Assembly: GCA_964644695.1 (NCBI GenBank)
Contig: CAZXWN010000001.1
Span: forward strand, 368,869 to 432,868
Length of the DNA: 64,000 bases
From: an uncultured bacterium
GTDB lineage: Bacteria; UBP4; UBA4092
Reading direction: 5' to 3'
Both the position numbers and the translations under genes were made by a program. The first letter of the stretch is position 1. Each line of letters opens with the position of its first letter. Below are positions 40,563 through 51,652 of this stretch, piece by piece. The notes under the pieces are model-generated. The model did not search any database and was not told where the DNA came from. It saw nothing but the letters and a program-made list of their open reading frames with translations.

Positions 40563-40602
40563 AAGGTACATCGAACGAGATTGATCTTGTTCGATGTACC
40601 TT
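40563..40602. repeat. REP-like palindrome, copy 3 (probable terminator between convergent genes)
   Basis: aaggtacatcgaacgagat-tg-atcttgttcgatgtacctt. Confidence 0.85.
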
Positions 40603-40618
40603 TTGTTATGTCTTTATT

Positions 40619-41053
40619 TTACAGTGAATTACCTAAACGCTCGGCATCTAACCTTAAATCTTTAAGTGTTGACGAATCAAGAACTTCCTCAATTTCACTT
40701 GCCATTTTTTCCCATAAGGGGAAGCAGGCACAATGTCCCTTTTTCGCACAGGATATTCTTGACTTACTTTGGGGAAGGCAAAATACAGGTGCAATCGGTC
40801 CTTCCAATATTCGGATAATGTCACCAATCCTTATCTCAGAATCCAATCGAGAGAGTTGATAACCTCCACCGGGGCCCCGTACACCTTTGACTAAACCAGC
40901 TTTTTTAAGTTTACTCAATAACTGCTCAAGATATGTTACGGATATATCTTGCCGTGAAGAAATGTCTTTCGCTGTTACTGGACCTTTGTTCTGGTGTAAC
41001 GCCAAATCCAGCATTGCATACAGCCCATATCGACCTCGTGTAGATATTCTCAT
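40619..41053 (-). CDS. Rrf2-family regulator (IscR-like)
   Basis: [22 protein letters not shown]-terminal Cys cluster. Confidence 0.9.
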   Translation of the reverse strand: MRISTRGRYGLYAMLDLALHQNKGPVTAKDISSRQDISVTYLEQLLSKLKKAGLVKGVRGPGGGYQLSRLDSEIRIGDIIRILEGPIAPVFCLPQSKSRISCAKKGHCACFPLWEKMASEIEEVLDSSTLKDLRLDAERLGNSL

Positions 41054-41718
41054 GATTCAATGTCTCCCAGAGGTCGGGGGGATTTTCTTTCCAAAACGGC
41101 CAGACGTTTTTCTAACTGAACTAATCGGTCCTGTAACATCTGAAAATGTTCCCATTCCGGATCAGGTAAATCACCATGTGCCAGCATTTCAGCATCTGTT
41201 AAACGACGACCATCACGAGCAACAATCTTGGCAGGAACACCCACAACAGTACAACCATCAGGAATAGATCTGAGAACCACAGAACCAGCACCTACTTTTA
41301 CGTTATTACCGATTAAAATATTTCCAAGAATTTTGGCGCCAGCCCCAACAACAACTTGATTTCCGATCGTTGGATGTCTTTTCCCTTTTTCTTTTCCGGT
41401 TCCTCCAAGAGTAACCCCTTGATAAAGTAAAACGTCATCTCCGATTTCACAAGTTTCTCCAATAACGATACCTGTTCCATGATCGATAAAAAAACGTTTT
41501 CCCAATTTGGCGCCGGGATGTATCTCAATTCCCGTCAAAAAGCGGGCAAATTCAGATATAAAACGGGCAGTAATACCCCAGTTATGTTTATATAGCCAGT
41601 GAGAGATTTTATAAAACCAAAAGGCGTGTAATCCGGGATAGCACAGAAGAACCTCCAGCGTATTTCGAGCGGCTGGATCTCTTTCAAAAACTGATTTTAT
41701 GTCTTCCCGGATGCTCAT
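41050..41718 (-). CDS. cysE: Serine O-acetyltransferase
   Basis: [24 protein letters not shown]. Confidence 0.95.
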   Translation of the reverse strand: MSIREDIKSVFERDPAARNTLEVLLCYPGLHAFWFYKISHWLYKHNWGITARFISEFARFLTGIEIHPGAKLGKRFFIDHGTGIVIGETCEIGDDVLLYQGVTLGGTGKEKGKRHPTIGNQVVVGAGAKILGNILIGNNVKVGAGSVVLRSIPDGCTVVGVPAKIVARDGRRLTDAEMLAHGDLPDPEWEHFQMLQDRLVQLEKRLAVLERKSPRPLGDIES

Positions 41719-41781
41719 AGATGTTTATGATAACAGTAGTTAAAAGTAATGCTAACAATTCTTGATTATCCCTGTCAACAA

Positions 41782-43047
41782 TTACTTTACCAAATGACGA
41801 TAGATATCAACATAGAGAGGTAGAAAGTGATTCCATGAGAGTTCGTTTTCGGCGGCAGTTTGCGATTGTTTGACATACTTCATGCGAGTGGATGTATCCC
41901 TTAATGAATTAAGCCATTGAAAGGTATCATGAAGAGGATCTTCTGATTGAAGAATATATCCACATTGATATTCTTTAATAATAGACTCCGTATCTCCAAT
42001 ATTTGGCATTGAGAGAACAGGTAATCCTGCTGCCAGGTATTCGCCCAATTTTACAGGAGAGGACACTACTGAAACAAGAGAAGAAACTCTCATAAGAAGA
42101 CCACAATCCGCCGCGCATAAAAGTTTATTCAGGTATTGCCCACTGGCCTCAGTAATGAACCATTGTTTTTTATGCAAAGATGATTTTTCGATTCTTTGAA
42201 TCAACTTATCCTTATCTGGAGAGACAACCAAAAGCATTGCGCTGGGATTTTCCTGGATGAATGTTTCTGAAAAAGATAATACCTGCTCAAAATCCTGATA
42301 AGGTACATAGTGTCCCATCACATAGATAAGCATTAAATTATCCTGCCATCCCATCTGAGTCCGTATTTCATTTCTCCAATCTAAATTCCATAAGAATTGA
42401 GAGGTGTCCACAGCACATGGGACAACAGTGGTCCTAATATTGGGCTGGATTGCTTGATAATGTTTTTCAAAGGGTTTAGAAAGGACAATCACATGGTCAG
42501 AGGCAGACAGCAGTTTTTTTTCACGATTTTTCCACTTCAAAAAAGCCCGATTATCAGGAGACCAATTATGAATTAAAGACAATTCTTCTGGAATAATTCC
42601 ACGCGGATCAAACAATATTTTGAATTTCAGAATCTTTTTTAATTTATAAATAATCAACGCCGGTATATAACTTCGTGGTTGGATGATTTGAATACGATAA
42701 CGAAACTTTAACCCAATAATAGCTAACAACATCAGTGTCATATCTGGTAGAGCTGCAAAACGATTAAATAGCCATTTTAAAAAGGTATTATTTTGTTTTG
42801 AAGTTAATTGAGGAGGTAAACATTTGGGCAAAAATATGATCTTGATCCCATATTTCTGCAACTCATCAGACAATCTGTTTTTATTCTGGTAATCAAAATA
42901 TTCACTCCAACGTTCATAGGAAATAAGAACAAATCTAAATTCATCAGGATATGAAATAGAGATATTTTTTAACAAGGTGAGAACTTGTGATTTTAATATT
43001 CCACTGGAAAGAACACTGTTATATGTTAAATAGAGAATATTAATCAC
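41782..43047 (-). CDS. Glycosyltransferase family 4
   Basis: SPVKLGEYLAAGLPV. Confidence 0.8.
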   Translation of the reverse strand: MINILYLTYNSVLSSGILKSQVLTLLKNISISYPDEFRFVLISYERWSEYFDYQNKNRLSDELQKYGIKIIFLPKCLPPQLTSKQNNTFLKWLFNRFAALPDMTLMLLAIIGLKFRYRIQIIQPRSYIPALIIYKLKKILKFKILFDPRGIIPEELSLIHNWSPDNRAFLKWKNREKKLLSASDHVIVLSKPFEKHYQAIQPNIRTTVVPCAVDTSQFLWNLDWRNEIRTQMGWQDNLMLIYVMGHYVPYQDFEQVLSFSETFIQENPSAMLLVVSPDKDKLIQRIEKSSLHKKQWFITEASGQYLNKLLCAADCGLLMRVSSLVSVVSSPVKLGEYLAAGLPVLSMPNIGDTESIIKEYQCGYILQSEDPLHDTFQWLNSLRDTSTRMKYVKQSQTAAENELSWNHFLPLYVDIYRHLVK

Positions 43048-44201
43048 TATAGGGTTTCTCCAGATAATACTCTTTCATAAAAACCAATTGTTTCCTGAAC
43101 CATTCTATCCTGGTTGTATTTCCGTTGAGAATGAATTCGGGCGTTTAACGCCAAATCCGTTCGTAATGTTGGATTTTCATAAAGATAATTTACCAACCAA
43201 CTCAGGGCTTTACTATCTCCTCGATCGAAAAGAAATCCAGAATCACTGGGAATAACTTCAGGCAGTGCTCCAGCTCTCGACGCAATGACAGGCACGCCGC
43301 ATGACATCGCCTCCACAGCGACCAGACCAAAGGCAGGTGATGTCATGTCTGGAAAAACAAAAATGTCAGAGGCATTGTAAAAATAGGGGAGTTCTTCCAG
43401 TTTCAGCCTCCCCGTGAATACAACATTAGACAGGTTCTTTTCATTTGCCATATTCTGATAGTAATCTCGATAGGGACCATCTCCACCTATAATCCATCGA
43501 ATAGGCAGATGTGAAAGAGATTGGGCTGCCTCCAAAAGCACCTGAATTCCCTTTGTTTTAGTTATCCTACCTACGGTAAAAATAGTAAACATTTCATCCA
43601 TTTTCAGGTGTTCATTTACATCTTTTCGATCCATAGGTTGGAACCTGTTAATATCAATGCCTAAATAGATAACCTTACTTTTGGGAAAATTGAAATTCTG
43701 ATCATTAAAGACTTCATCCCGTGAATAATTGCTGTCAAAAATAAGTCCATCAGATTTTTTGATTAATTGATGATAAAGTGGAGTCAATATAATTCTCTTA
43801 CGATATGCCCAAATATCAGATAAGGAAGTTTGATAATTAAGCGACGTCTCAGAAGTTAACGTCCCATGAATTGTTGAGACCATGGGGATCTTGAGGGGAT
43901 ACAGAGCTAAAGCTAATCCAGAGAATCCTTGAGTATGTATAATATCCAAATCGTGTCGTGTCACTAAATAATTTCTTAATTCCCAAAAAAAGTTATAACT
44001 GTATTTGCCTGGAATTGTATTTTTCAAAAAAACAACATCAAGCTCATATTGAACCCCACGATAATTATCCGGTAATTGTGTAGTAATCAATGTGACTTGA
44101 TGGCCGGCATCCTTAAGTCCTTGTGCCAGACCTATTGTATGATATTCAAGTCCACCATCAATATGACAGGGTAGGGACCGAGTTACCAACGCTATTTTCA
44201 T
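43047..44201 (-). CDS. Glycosyltransferase family 4
   Basis: VGRITKTKG, FGLVAVEAMSCGVPV. Confidence 0.88.
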   Translation of the reverse strand: MKIALVTRSLPCHIDGGLEYHTIGLAQGLKDAGHQVTLITTQLPDNYRGVQYELDVVFLKNTIPGKYSYNFFWELRNYLVTRHDLDIIHTQGFSGLALALYPLKIPMVSTIHGTLTSETSLNYQTSLSDIWAYRKRIILTPLYHQLIKKSDGLIFDSNYSRDEVFNDQNFNFPKSKVIYLGIDINRFQPMDRKDVNEHLKMDEMFTIFTVGRITKTKGIQVLLEAAQSLSHLPIRWIIGGDGPYRDYYQNMANEKNLSNVVFTGRLKLEELPYFYNASDIFVFPDMTSPAFGLVAVEAMSCGVPVIASRAGALPEVIPSDSGFLFDRGDSKALSWLVNYLYENPTLRTDLALNARIHSQRKYNQDRMVQETIGFYERVLSGETL

Positions 44202-44202
44202 A

Positions 44203-45333
44203 TTATTCCTGATTCAAGACTTTCTTATATATCATCATTGTATCCACAGCATGTCGGACACTACTGTATTTCTCTCTCGCTAACTTCTCTGCATTAATAG
44301 ATATTTTTTTATGTAAATCTGGATGGGTCAATAACTCGATGACTGCCGTTGCAATTGCAGCACTGTTTTCTGGTGGGATTAAAATTCCTGTTTCGTGGTC
44401 TTCTATAACCTCTTTTATTCCATCCACTTTTGTTCCAATGACCGGAGTACCTACCATCATCGACTCCAAAAGAGTCCTGGGTAGGGGATCCCATAAGGAC
44501 GGAATAACAACCGCATCGGAGGCATAAATAAGCGGCGTTGGATCTGATACCCAGCCAGTGAATAGACAATTCTCGGTTATTCCCAACGTCTTCACTTTCT
44601 CCTCCAATTCTGATTTTATAGTCCCATCTCCAACCATCAATACCTGTATGTCAGGAATGGTCTCGACAATTTGGGGTAAGGATTCCAGAAAATATTCATA
44701 TCCTTTTTGTTTCGGTATCATTCTTCCGACCATTACAATTACAGGATGATTGGGAGATAATTTAAAAGACTCCAAGATACTATTTTGGGAAGGTAATGAT
44801 GTTTTATCAATGATCCTGGTCCCATTTGGAATAACAGTAATCAATCCCTCCGGAACCTTTAAATCTCGCATGGTAATGTCCTTTACTGTCTCTGACACAG
44901 CAAGAATCCTATTCATATGATTGTATAACCATGACGATATTCTGCAATAAATATAACGTTTCAAAGAATTGAGGCGACTCTTTGAGATCATATTGTGTAT
45001 GGTAGTCACCACGGGTATATGAAGTGATTTCCCAACGCAATATCCGATAAAATCTGACTTCAATTCATGACAATGAATTAAATCAATCTTTTCATTTATT
45101 AGTATTTTTTTAATCTGCCTGTATGAAGTGAAAGATAATGACATCTTGTCTAAAGAGATAGTCCGGACTAATGAATTACAGAACTGTTCCGCATAGGAAC
45201 CATGGCCTGGATAGATAATCAAGGTCTCGCCACCTAATGCATTTATCTCCTCACATAATAAAAGTGTATGTTTGGGAGACCCCCCAATATTGGAAGAACT
45301 GATAATATGAGCTACTTTGAGTTTATTTTCCAT
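44203..45333 (-). CDS. Glycosyltransferase family 4
   Basis: VGRMIPKQKG, PSLWDPLPRTLLESM. Confidence 0.88.
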   Translation of the reverse strand: MENKLKVAHIISSSNIGGSPKHTLLLCEEINALGGETLIIYPGHGSYAEQFCNSLVRTISLDKMSLSFTSYRQIKKILINEKIDLIHCHELKSDFIGYCVGKSLHIPVVTTIHNMISKSRLNSLKRYIYCRISSWLYNHMNRILAVSETVKDITMRDLKVPEGLITVIPNGTRIIDKTSLPSQNSILESFKLSPNHPVIVMVGRMIPKQKGYEYFLESLPQIVETIPDIQVLMVGDGTIKSELEEKVKTLGITENCLFTGWVSDPTPLIYASDAVVIPSLWDPLPRTLLESMMVGTPVIGTKVDGIKEVIEDHETGILIPPENSAAIATAVIELLTHPDLHKKISINAEKLAREKYSSVRHAVDTMMIYKKVLNQE

Positions 45334-46915
45334 TTTGGTTTTGAGTTATGTAGTAAAGATTGGGACCATTCATTTTCATCACAGACAGATTTCCAATCGG
45401 TCCAGTAACCGAAAATAAGTCGTTGTTTACTTTGCTATCAATGGCTTCGTTAGCCATAATTTTACAGGTATTTTTAGAGTACATTTTGTAGTAGAAATCA
45501 TATTCCTCTTGAAATGTTAAAGGATCTATTCGATACTTATCAAAAGTGTAACTGCTCAGTATTAATGCTTTATACTTTCTTAAATTATTCTCACCAATAA
45601 CAACACCAAATCGACCATAATAATCATGCATTTTTGAAATATTGTTGAGTTTTTTATCTATCATTGAATTATGAGATCCATATGGAATGGAATAATCATC
45701 CAAAGCTAATTGACCATCAACTTTGCTCCAAACATTTTCAGCTTCAATACGGCTATCGCTCCCATTGAAGATACTTACTATTTTTATCGAACCATAAATA
45801 TTCATTATCACTAATACTACCAATATACATTGATATAAATAATTCATTGATTTGTTTTTTATATCAGATAAGGGGTAAAGGATAATGATCATTGCGAAAG
45901 GAAATAATAATAAAGCAAATCGCTCAAAACGTAACTGGGAACTCGATAAGAAGAACAGATATATCCAGAAAAGAGCGGTATAGATTATAAGCGGGTATTT
46001 ATTTGTCTTGAATATGATATGAATAGTTCCGAATACAACTAATACTGGAAATAGTCCATAGTTACCCCAGGACAAAACTTTAAGGTAATAAATCAATCCA
46101 TTTATACGGTAATCAACACCAAACCATCCCATGGTGTTTAAAAACTGTAATTCTTTGATACCACTGACTAATCCTGATGGATTAATCAAAATATAAGGAT
46201 TCCCCACAAGAAAACCTAAGGCGAGCATCAAAAAACATAAAATAAATTTCTTTGAAGTTATGGTTTTTTCTGAGTGAAAGACTTGTAAGAAAAGAGGAAT
46301 TAACAATATAAAGGCTGTATATTTCGCGGCCACTGACAATCCAATAAAAAAAGCTGCCTTATAAAAATCAGGTTTGGAAAGTGTTAAGTAATATAGCCCA
46401 ATTCCCACAATCAGAATAGTTAAGGTATCAGGAACCCCAAAATGTGCTTCCCTTACGCAAAGAAGACATGTCGCATATGTAATTGCACCCCAAGTTGCAA
46501 TTTTTCTATCATAGATATTTTTCAAAAATAAATACAATGAGAAACAGAATAATGAATCAGTGACCGCAGATAAAATTCTTGAATAGTAAACAAACTGATT
46601 GGGTTCATTTAGGATTTGATTTGAAAACGTATTGATATCAGGTATAGATCCCAATAGTCGGCTTACAGCATAAATTACAGTATTTAATACAAGGAGAAGA
46701 TATGAAAATAAAGGAGGATTTACATAATATCCTGGATCCAGGGTCTTATCATGGGCCATTTTAAAAGCGTTGATAACATATTTTTCTTCATCTGGATGAA
46801 ATAAATATGGGTATCCACCCGTCCATCCCCAAAGCCTTAATACTAATGCCATGAAAAAAAAAGAACCTATTATCAAAGGTTCTTTTTTTGAGTTTATGAT
46901 TTTTTTCTGATTCAC
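45323..46915 (-). CDS. GT-C fold glycosyltransferase (PMT/ArnT-like)
   Basis: HPDE after the first TM, PPLFSY, AKY; many TM segments. Confidence 0.8.
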   Translation of the reverse strand: MNQKKIINSKKEPLIIGSFFFMALVLRLWGWTGGYPYLFHPDEEKYVINAFKMAHDKTLDPGYYVNPPLFSYLLLVLNTVIYAVSRLLGSIPDINTFSNQILNEPNQFVYYSRILSAVTDSLFCFSLYLFLKNIYDRKIATWGAITYATCLLCVREAHFGVPDTLTILIVGIGLYYLTLSKPDFYKAAFFIGLSVAAKYTAFILLIPLFLQVFHSEKTITSKKFILCFLMLALGFLVGNPYILINPSGLVSGIKELQFLNTMGWFGVDYRINGLIYYLKVLSWGNYGLFPVLVVFGTIHIIFKTNKYPLIIYTALFWIYLFFLSSSQLRFERFALLLFPFAMIIILYPLSDIKNKSMNYLYQCILVVLVIMNIYGSIKIVSIFNGSDSRIEAENVWSKVDGQLALDDYSIPYGSHNSMIDKKLNNISKMHDYYGRFGVVIGENNLRKYKALILSSYTFDKYRIDPLTFQEEYDFYYKMYSKNTCKIMANEAIDSKVNNDLFSVTGPIGNLSVMKMNGPNLYYITQNQNGK

Positions 46916-46925
46916 ATCTAATTAG

Positions 46926-48155
46926 TTACTTCTGAGCAACTGGATTGGATTTTTTAGCAATTTGATTTACGGCTCTTAAATCACGATAGTTATTCACAAT
47001 AATTTTAGCAGTTAATGTTCCATCGTCATTAGTTGTAATTTCCAAGTCTTTTATGTCCATCATATTCGCTGAATGAGTAATATTGTATAAATAGCGAATC
47101 AACTGATTGTATTCACCTGTAACTTGTACTTCAACTGGATCAGCCCATGCAAGTGGAGGTTCCGCTGGTTTTGTGGGTGTTGGTTTTCCCATAGCACCAA
47201 ACATTCCTCCCATCATGCCACCTCTTGACCCCATCCCCATCATCATCGCCGGGTCCATAAACATTCCACCCAAATCCATTCCCATGCCAGCTCCTGGTGT
47301 TGGGGTTGGAGTCGCTTTTTCAATGGGTCTAATTTCGACCTTATCCAAAGGTTTTATGGAATTAACAGATGCAATACCAGATTGGCTTGCCATATTCATT
47401 AAGAGTTTAGTCCGATCAAGGAAGAAAAGTGTTTGTTTCATCCATTCAGAATCATGTATAGGCATATCCAAGACATAAAATAATTCACCATCATTTTTCA
47501 CAGAGGAATTTGCTTTTTTATCTTTAACATAATCAAAAACTTTTAATTGTTTCAACCATACTATGACCGGTGGAAGCTTATCTAAGTCAGTTTTATTCAA
47601 CGTGATTTGTTTTAACAAATCACGATATTGATTTTCAAATTGATTTTTTTGATTAATTGAATTGATGTTAGTTGAATCATTACTCAATAGGTTAATTAGG
47701 TTCTTTTTTTCCTTTAATTGGGTCAGAATTACGGGAATACGGTCGTTCTCAATACCCGGAAGTCCATCTACTATCATCCAATCAGTAAGAACTTTATACT
47801 GAGTTTTTCCTCCAGCGTTTTCGATGTTTCTAATATCATTCAATTTATTCACAAAAAGCTCACCAGCAATTTGGTAATTCATTTCTTTACCAATCTGAAG
47901 GCGATCAATGACCTTGTCTAAATTGTCAGACATTTTTGAAACTTCTGTTTCAATTTTCTTTAAATCACTGGCGGGTAAGTTTTTAGATGCAAAATCATTG
48001 TACTGTTGTAACGCAGCATTGTAATCAACCGTTGCATTGCTTAACTCGCGAGCTTTAGGTGCATACAACACAAAATGAACGATTGCAATAAAAAGAAGTG
48101 TCGCAATAGACCCAATTACAATACGCGCTGTATTATCAATTTTTAAATTCTTCAT
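46926..48155 (-). CDS. PilO/GspM-like bitopic protein with Met/Gly-rich insertion
   Basis: N-terminal TM plus coiled coil; C-terminal PVEVQVTGEYNQLIRYLYNI. Confidence 0.55.
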   Translation of the reverse strand: MKNLKIDNTARIVIGSIATLLFIAIVHFVLYAPKARELSNATVDYNAALQQYNDFASKNLPASDLKKIETEVSKMSDNLDKVIDRLQIGKEMNYQIAGELFVNKLNDIRNIENAGGKTQYKVLTDWMIVDGLPGIENDRIPVILTQLKEKKNLINLLSNDSTNINSINQKNQFENQYRDLLKQITLNKTDLDKLPPVIVWLKQLKVFDYVKDKKANSSVKNDGELFYVLDMPIHDSEWMKQTLFFLDRTKLLMNMASQSGIASVNSIKPLDKVEIRPIEKATPTPTPGAGMGMDLGGMFMDPAMMMGMGSRGGMMGGMFGAMGKPTPTKPAEPPLAWADPVEVQVTGEYNQLIRYLYNITHSANMMDIKDLEITTNDDGTLTAKIIVNNYRDLRAVNQIAKKSNPVAQK

Positions 48156-48261
48156 CCTGTCAGCCTGCCTATTTATGCTCAGTTTATTATCTTATTGTCA
48201 AAACTAAACAATTGCTAGTAATTTGTCAATTATATTCTATAAGATAAAAAAAATTAATGCA

Positions 48262-48696
48262 CTATAAATTAAGTAATGCTTCAAGTCCTAAAATATAACT
48301 AAATTTTCCAAAACCACTAATTTGCCCAGTTGCTACTGGAGCAATCCATGAGTTTTTTCTAAATTCTTCCCGGGCATGGATATTACTTAAATGGACTTCG
48401 ACCACAGGCTTATTAACAGCAGCTAAAGCATCTCTTATAGCAATACTAGTGTGTGTAAAAGCACCAGGATTAATCAATATAGCCTCAGCCCAGTTTAAGC
48501 CTATATCCCCTATCAAATCAATTAACTGTCCCTCGTGGTTACTTTGAAAAATCTTTAACTCTACCTTGTGATATTTGGCTTTTTCTTCTAATAACCCATT
48601 AATAATACTAAGAGTATCTGTGCCATATACATCGGGTTCTCGTTTCCCTAATAATTGAAGATTGGGGCCGTGGAGAATAAGAATTTTCTTAACCAT
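48262..48696 (-). CDS. aroQ: Type II 3-dehydroquinate dehydratase
   Basis: [34 protein letters not shown]. Confidence 0.96.
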   Translation of the reverse strand: MVKKILILHGPNLQLLGKREPDVYGTDTLSIINGLLEEKAKYHKVELKIFQSNHEGQLIDLIGDIGLNWAEAILINPGAFTHTSIAIRDALAAVNKPVVEVHLSNIHAREEFRKNSWIAPVATGQISGFGKFSYILGLEALLNL

Positions 48697-49822
48697 TATG
48701 ATGATCTCCCTGAAGAGAAATCAAGGTCTCCCTCAATATCTCCATATTGCTAAGAGAATAAAATTGTGTAGCTCCAATTCTTTCGGGTAATACAAATATC
48801 AGATTACCATCTTTCACTTTTTTATCTTTATACATTGTTTGTATGATTTTGTCTACAGATATTGCACTATCAATTGAAGAGGGTAAACCAATTGATTTGA
48901 TTAAATCCGTCAATCGATTTACAAGATTGATATCCACCATATTCAAATGATTTGCAATTCTTGCGGCCCCAATCATTCCTATGGCAACACCTTCACCATG
49001 GCGAAAGGCTTCATAACCAGTTAATGTTTCCAATGCATGCCCAATGGTATGACCGTAATTTAAAATTCCACGAAGGCCCTTATCTTCCTCATCTTTTGAT
49101 ACGATTTTTGCTTTAATCTCGCATGAACAAGTAATAATATGTTCAAGTACTGTGGCATTAAATGAAAAAATCTTTTGTATATTATCTTCAAGATAGGCAA
49201 AGAACTCTTCGTCAATGATAATTCCGTATTTTATAACTTCAGCTAAACCAGAAGATATTTCTCGACACGGCAATGTTTTTAGCGTTTCCGGGTCAATAAT
49301 TACAGTACGAGGTTGATAAAAGGTCCCAACGAGATTTTTCCCTTCTGGTAAATCGACGGCAACTTTACCACCGACACTAGCATCTACTTGAGCTTCAAGA
49401 GTGGTAGGTACCTGAATAAATGGGATCCCTCTCATATAAGTGGCAGCAACAAAACCCGTTAAATCGCCAATAACACCCCCACCTAAAGCAATCAAAAAAG
49501 AGTCTCGGTCAAAACCATTGGATATGAGCTTTGAATATAAATCACGCGCTGTATCCAGTGACTTATATTTTTCACCATCAGGAATTGTAAATTGGGATAC
49601 AGTATATCCTTCTTTTTCTAATGAAGATATGACCAAATTTGCATATAAAGGCCCAACTGTTGGATTCGTGATAAGGCCAACTTTTTTGCCCAACCCAGGT
49701 ATTTTTTTTATGATTGTACCTGCGGATTGTAACAAGCCATGTCCAATCAAAATGGAATAACTTCTTTTACCAAGTTCAATTTGAATCTGATGTGGCTTGT
49801 TATTCGTGTTATGATTCGTCAT
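48689..49822 (-). CDS. aroB: 3-dehydroquinate synthase
   Basis: [35 protein letters not shown]; start uncertain (49822 or 49843). Confidence 0.94.
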   Translation of the reverse strand: MTNHNTNNKPHQIQIELGKRSYSILIGHGLLQSAGTIIKKIPGLGKKVGLITNPTVGPLYANLVISSLEKEGYTVSQFTIPDGEKYKSLDTARDLYSKLISNGFDRDSFLIALGGGVIGDLTGFVAATYMRGIPFIQVPTTLEAQVDASVGGKVAVDLPEGKNLVGTFYQPRTVIIDPETLKTLPCREISSGLAEVIKYGIIIDEEFFAYLEDNIQKIFSFNATVLEHIITCSCEIKAKIVSKDEEDKGLRGILNYGHTIGHALETLTGYEAFRHGEGVAIGMIGAARIANHLNMVDINLVNRLTDLIKSIGLPSSIDSAISVDKIIQTMYKDKKVKDGNLIFVLPERIGATQFYSLSNMEILRETLISLQGDHHNG

Positions 49823-49914
49823 AATTGTTTTAAGATTATTCATTTCGTTTGAATTAACTGTTTTTATTGTAACTGTTTTTGAGCTATAAATCGAAGTATT
49901 TTTGGAATCGAGCA

Positions 49915-50751
49915 ATGTGGATACTGACAAAATGGATTGACATATGGCATCACCGAGAATTGTTAATCAACCTTGTTAAAAGAGACTTAAAAACACGATA
50001 TAAGATGTCTATATTGGGGTTTTTTTGGTCATTACTACGCCCATTGTTTATGATGCTAATATTCACTGTTGTTTTTTCGCAGATGTTTCGCTGGGATATT
50101 CAGATGAATGTTCCTTATCCTGTTTTCCTTCTGGCGGCTATATTACCCTGGCAATTGCTGGCAAATTCCGTAGGTGCCGGAGCTAATACACTTCTTGTCA
50201 ATCAGAATTTAATCAAGAAAGTAAGCCTTCCAAGAGAAATATTCCCACTATCCACCGTAATAGCCGAAATCATTAATTTCGGACTTTCATTAATTGTTTT
50301 ATTCCCGTTTATTATTGCTGCAAAAATCAGCATTACCCCGTGGTTATTAATACTACCCGTAGTATTTATTATGCAATGTATTTTAGTTTTTGGGATTACA
50401 TTAATCGTTTCATCATTAAATGTATTTTTTAGGGACACATTACCTCTTACTGACTTAGGAATGCAGGCATGGTTTTATTTATCTCCGGTGTTCTATCCAG
50501 TCTCCTTTGTACAAGGACATCTATCACCATTGCTTTATAAATTTTATTTATTAAATCCGATGTGTGTACTCTTGACAGGGTATAGAAAATCCTTATTAGA
50601 AAGTGGTTATACTGTAAACAGCGGTTTTGGAACGAATTCTCCTGAGTGGATTTTTTATCTAGGCATTACAAGTATTTTCTCAATTACCATTCTTTTGATT
50701 GGAATGATAATTTTTCATTACTTTGACAGAAAACTGGCAGATACTTTATAA
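49915..50751 (+). CDS. Polysaccharide ABC exporter permease (Wzm/TagG-like)
   Basis: RDLKTRYK..LGFFWSLL, YLSPVFYP, LNPM. Confidence 0.88.
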   Translation: MWILTKWIDIWHHRELLINLVKRDLKTRYKMSILGFFWSLLRPLFMMLIFTVVFSQMFRWDIQMNVPYPVFLLAAILPWQLLANSVGAGANTLLVNQNLIKKVSLPREIFPLSTVIAEIINFGLSLIVLFPFIIAAKISITPWLLILPVVFIMQCILVFGITLIVSSLNVFFRDTLPLTDLGMQAWFYLSPVFYPVSFVQGHLSPLLYKFYLLNPMCVLLTGYRKSLLESGYTVNSGFGTNSPEWIFYLGITSIFSITILLIGMIIFHYFDRKLADTL

Positions 50752-50756
50752 AAGAG

Positions 50757-51650
50757 TTGAAAAGGAGTCCATATTTGTTGGGGCACGCTCAAATTCATGT
50801 TGATTTAGATGGTTTATGGACCCTCTATCAATACCATGGTATTTCTCATCCTGTCTGGCCAGACCCTGTCTATACAACGGCTCTTCCACGCTTTCTAAGT
50901 ATATTTAATGACCTGGGCGTTAAAGCGACCTTTTTCCTTATTGGTAAAGACTTGGAAAATGGAAGTAAATTTGATTTAGCAAAACGGATTATTAGTAATG
51001 GTCACAATATTGCCAATCATTCTTATTCACATATAATTCCCTTCCAGAATTTAGATAAGCAAACAATATCTAAAGAGATATCAAAAACCCAAACATTATT
51101 AAAACAATTGGCCCCAGAGCAAAAGTTTGGATTCAGAGCTCCGGGATTTGGAATGAATGAAACAATCTTTCAGGAGTTAATCGATCAATCTATTGCTTTT
51201 GATTCTTCAGTGTTTCCATGTCCATGGAGTGGGTTACTCCGAAAATACGAGAAAAAAAAGTCTTGTGGAAAGGTTCCTAAAGATGGGTATGGAGGAGAAA
51301 AATATGGTTGGGCTCCACTTTACTCCTATAATCCTCAACTTAAAAACCTATCTAAAAAAGGCAATAGTCCATTATTAGAATATCCTGTCTCAGTATTGCC
51401 ATTTATCCGTTTACCGATTCACAGAAGTTTCACTCAGTTTACTGGGTTATGGTACTTCAAGATGGCTTTAAAACTGTTAAAAATCAGAAAACTTCCATTA
51501 ATTTGCCTCTTCCATGGAATCGATTTGATTGATATATTAAGAGATGAGCAAATCCCGGAAATTAAATGGATTAAGACTCCATTTCCACAAAGAATTGACG
51601 AAGTAAGAATAATGCTAAAATGGGTTAAGGAAGACTTTAATATTACATAA
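50757..51650 (+). CDS. Polysaccharide deacetylase (CE4-like)
   Basis: VDLD, KATFFLIG, NHSYSH, GFRAPG, DSS. Confidence 0.82.
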   Translation: MKRSPYLLGHAQIHVDLDGLWTLYQYHGISHPVWPDPVYTTALPRFLSIFNDLGVKATFFLIGKDLENGSKFDLAKRIISNGHNIANHSYSHIIPFQNLDKQTISKEISKTQTLLKQLAPEQKFGFRAPGFGMNETIFQELIDQSIAFDSSVFPCPWSGLLRKYEKKKSCGKVPKDGYGGEKYGWAPLYSYNPQLKNLSKKGNSPLLEYPVSVLPFIRLPIHRSFTQFTGLWYFKMALKLLKIRKLPLICLFHGIDLIDILRDEQIPEIKWIKTPFPQRIDEVRIMLKWVKEDFNIT

Positions 51651-51652
51651 AT

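Noticed and set aside
49879-49930. Apparent head-to-head overlap of aroB and wzm
   Set aside because: Artefact of longest-ORF starts; likely starts (49822/49843 and 49915) leave an intergenic gap.
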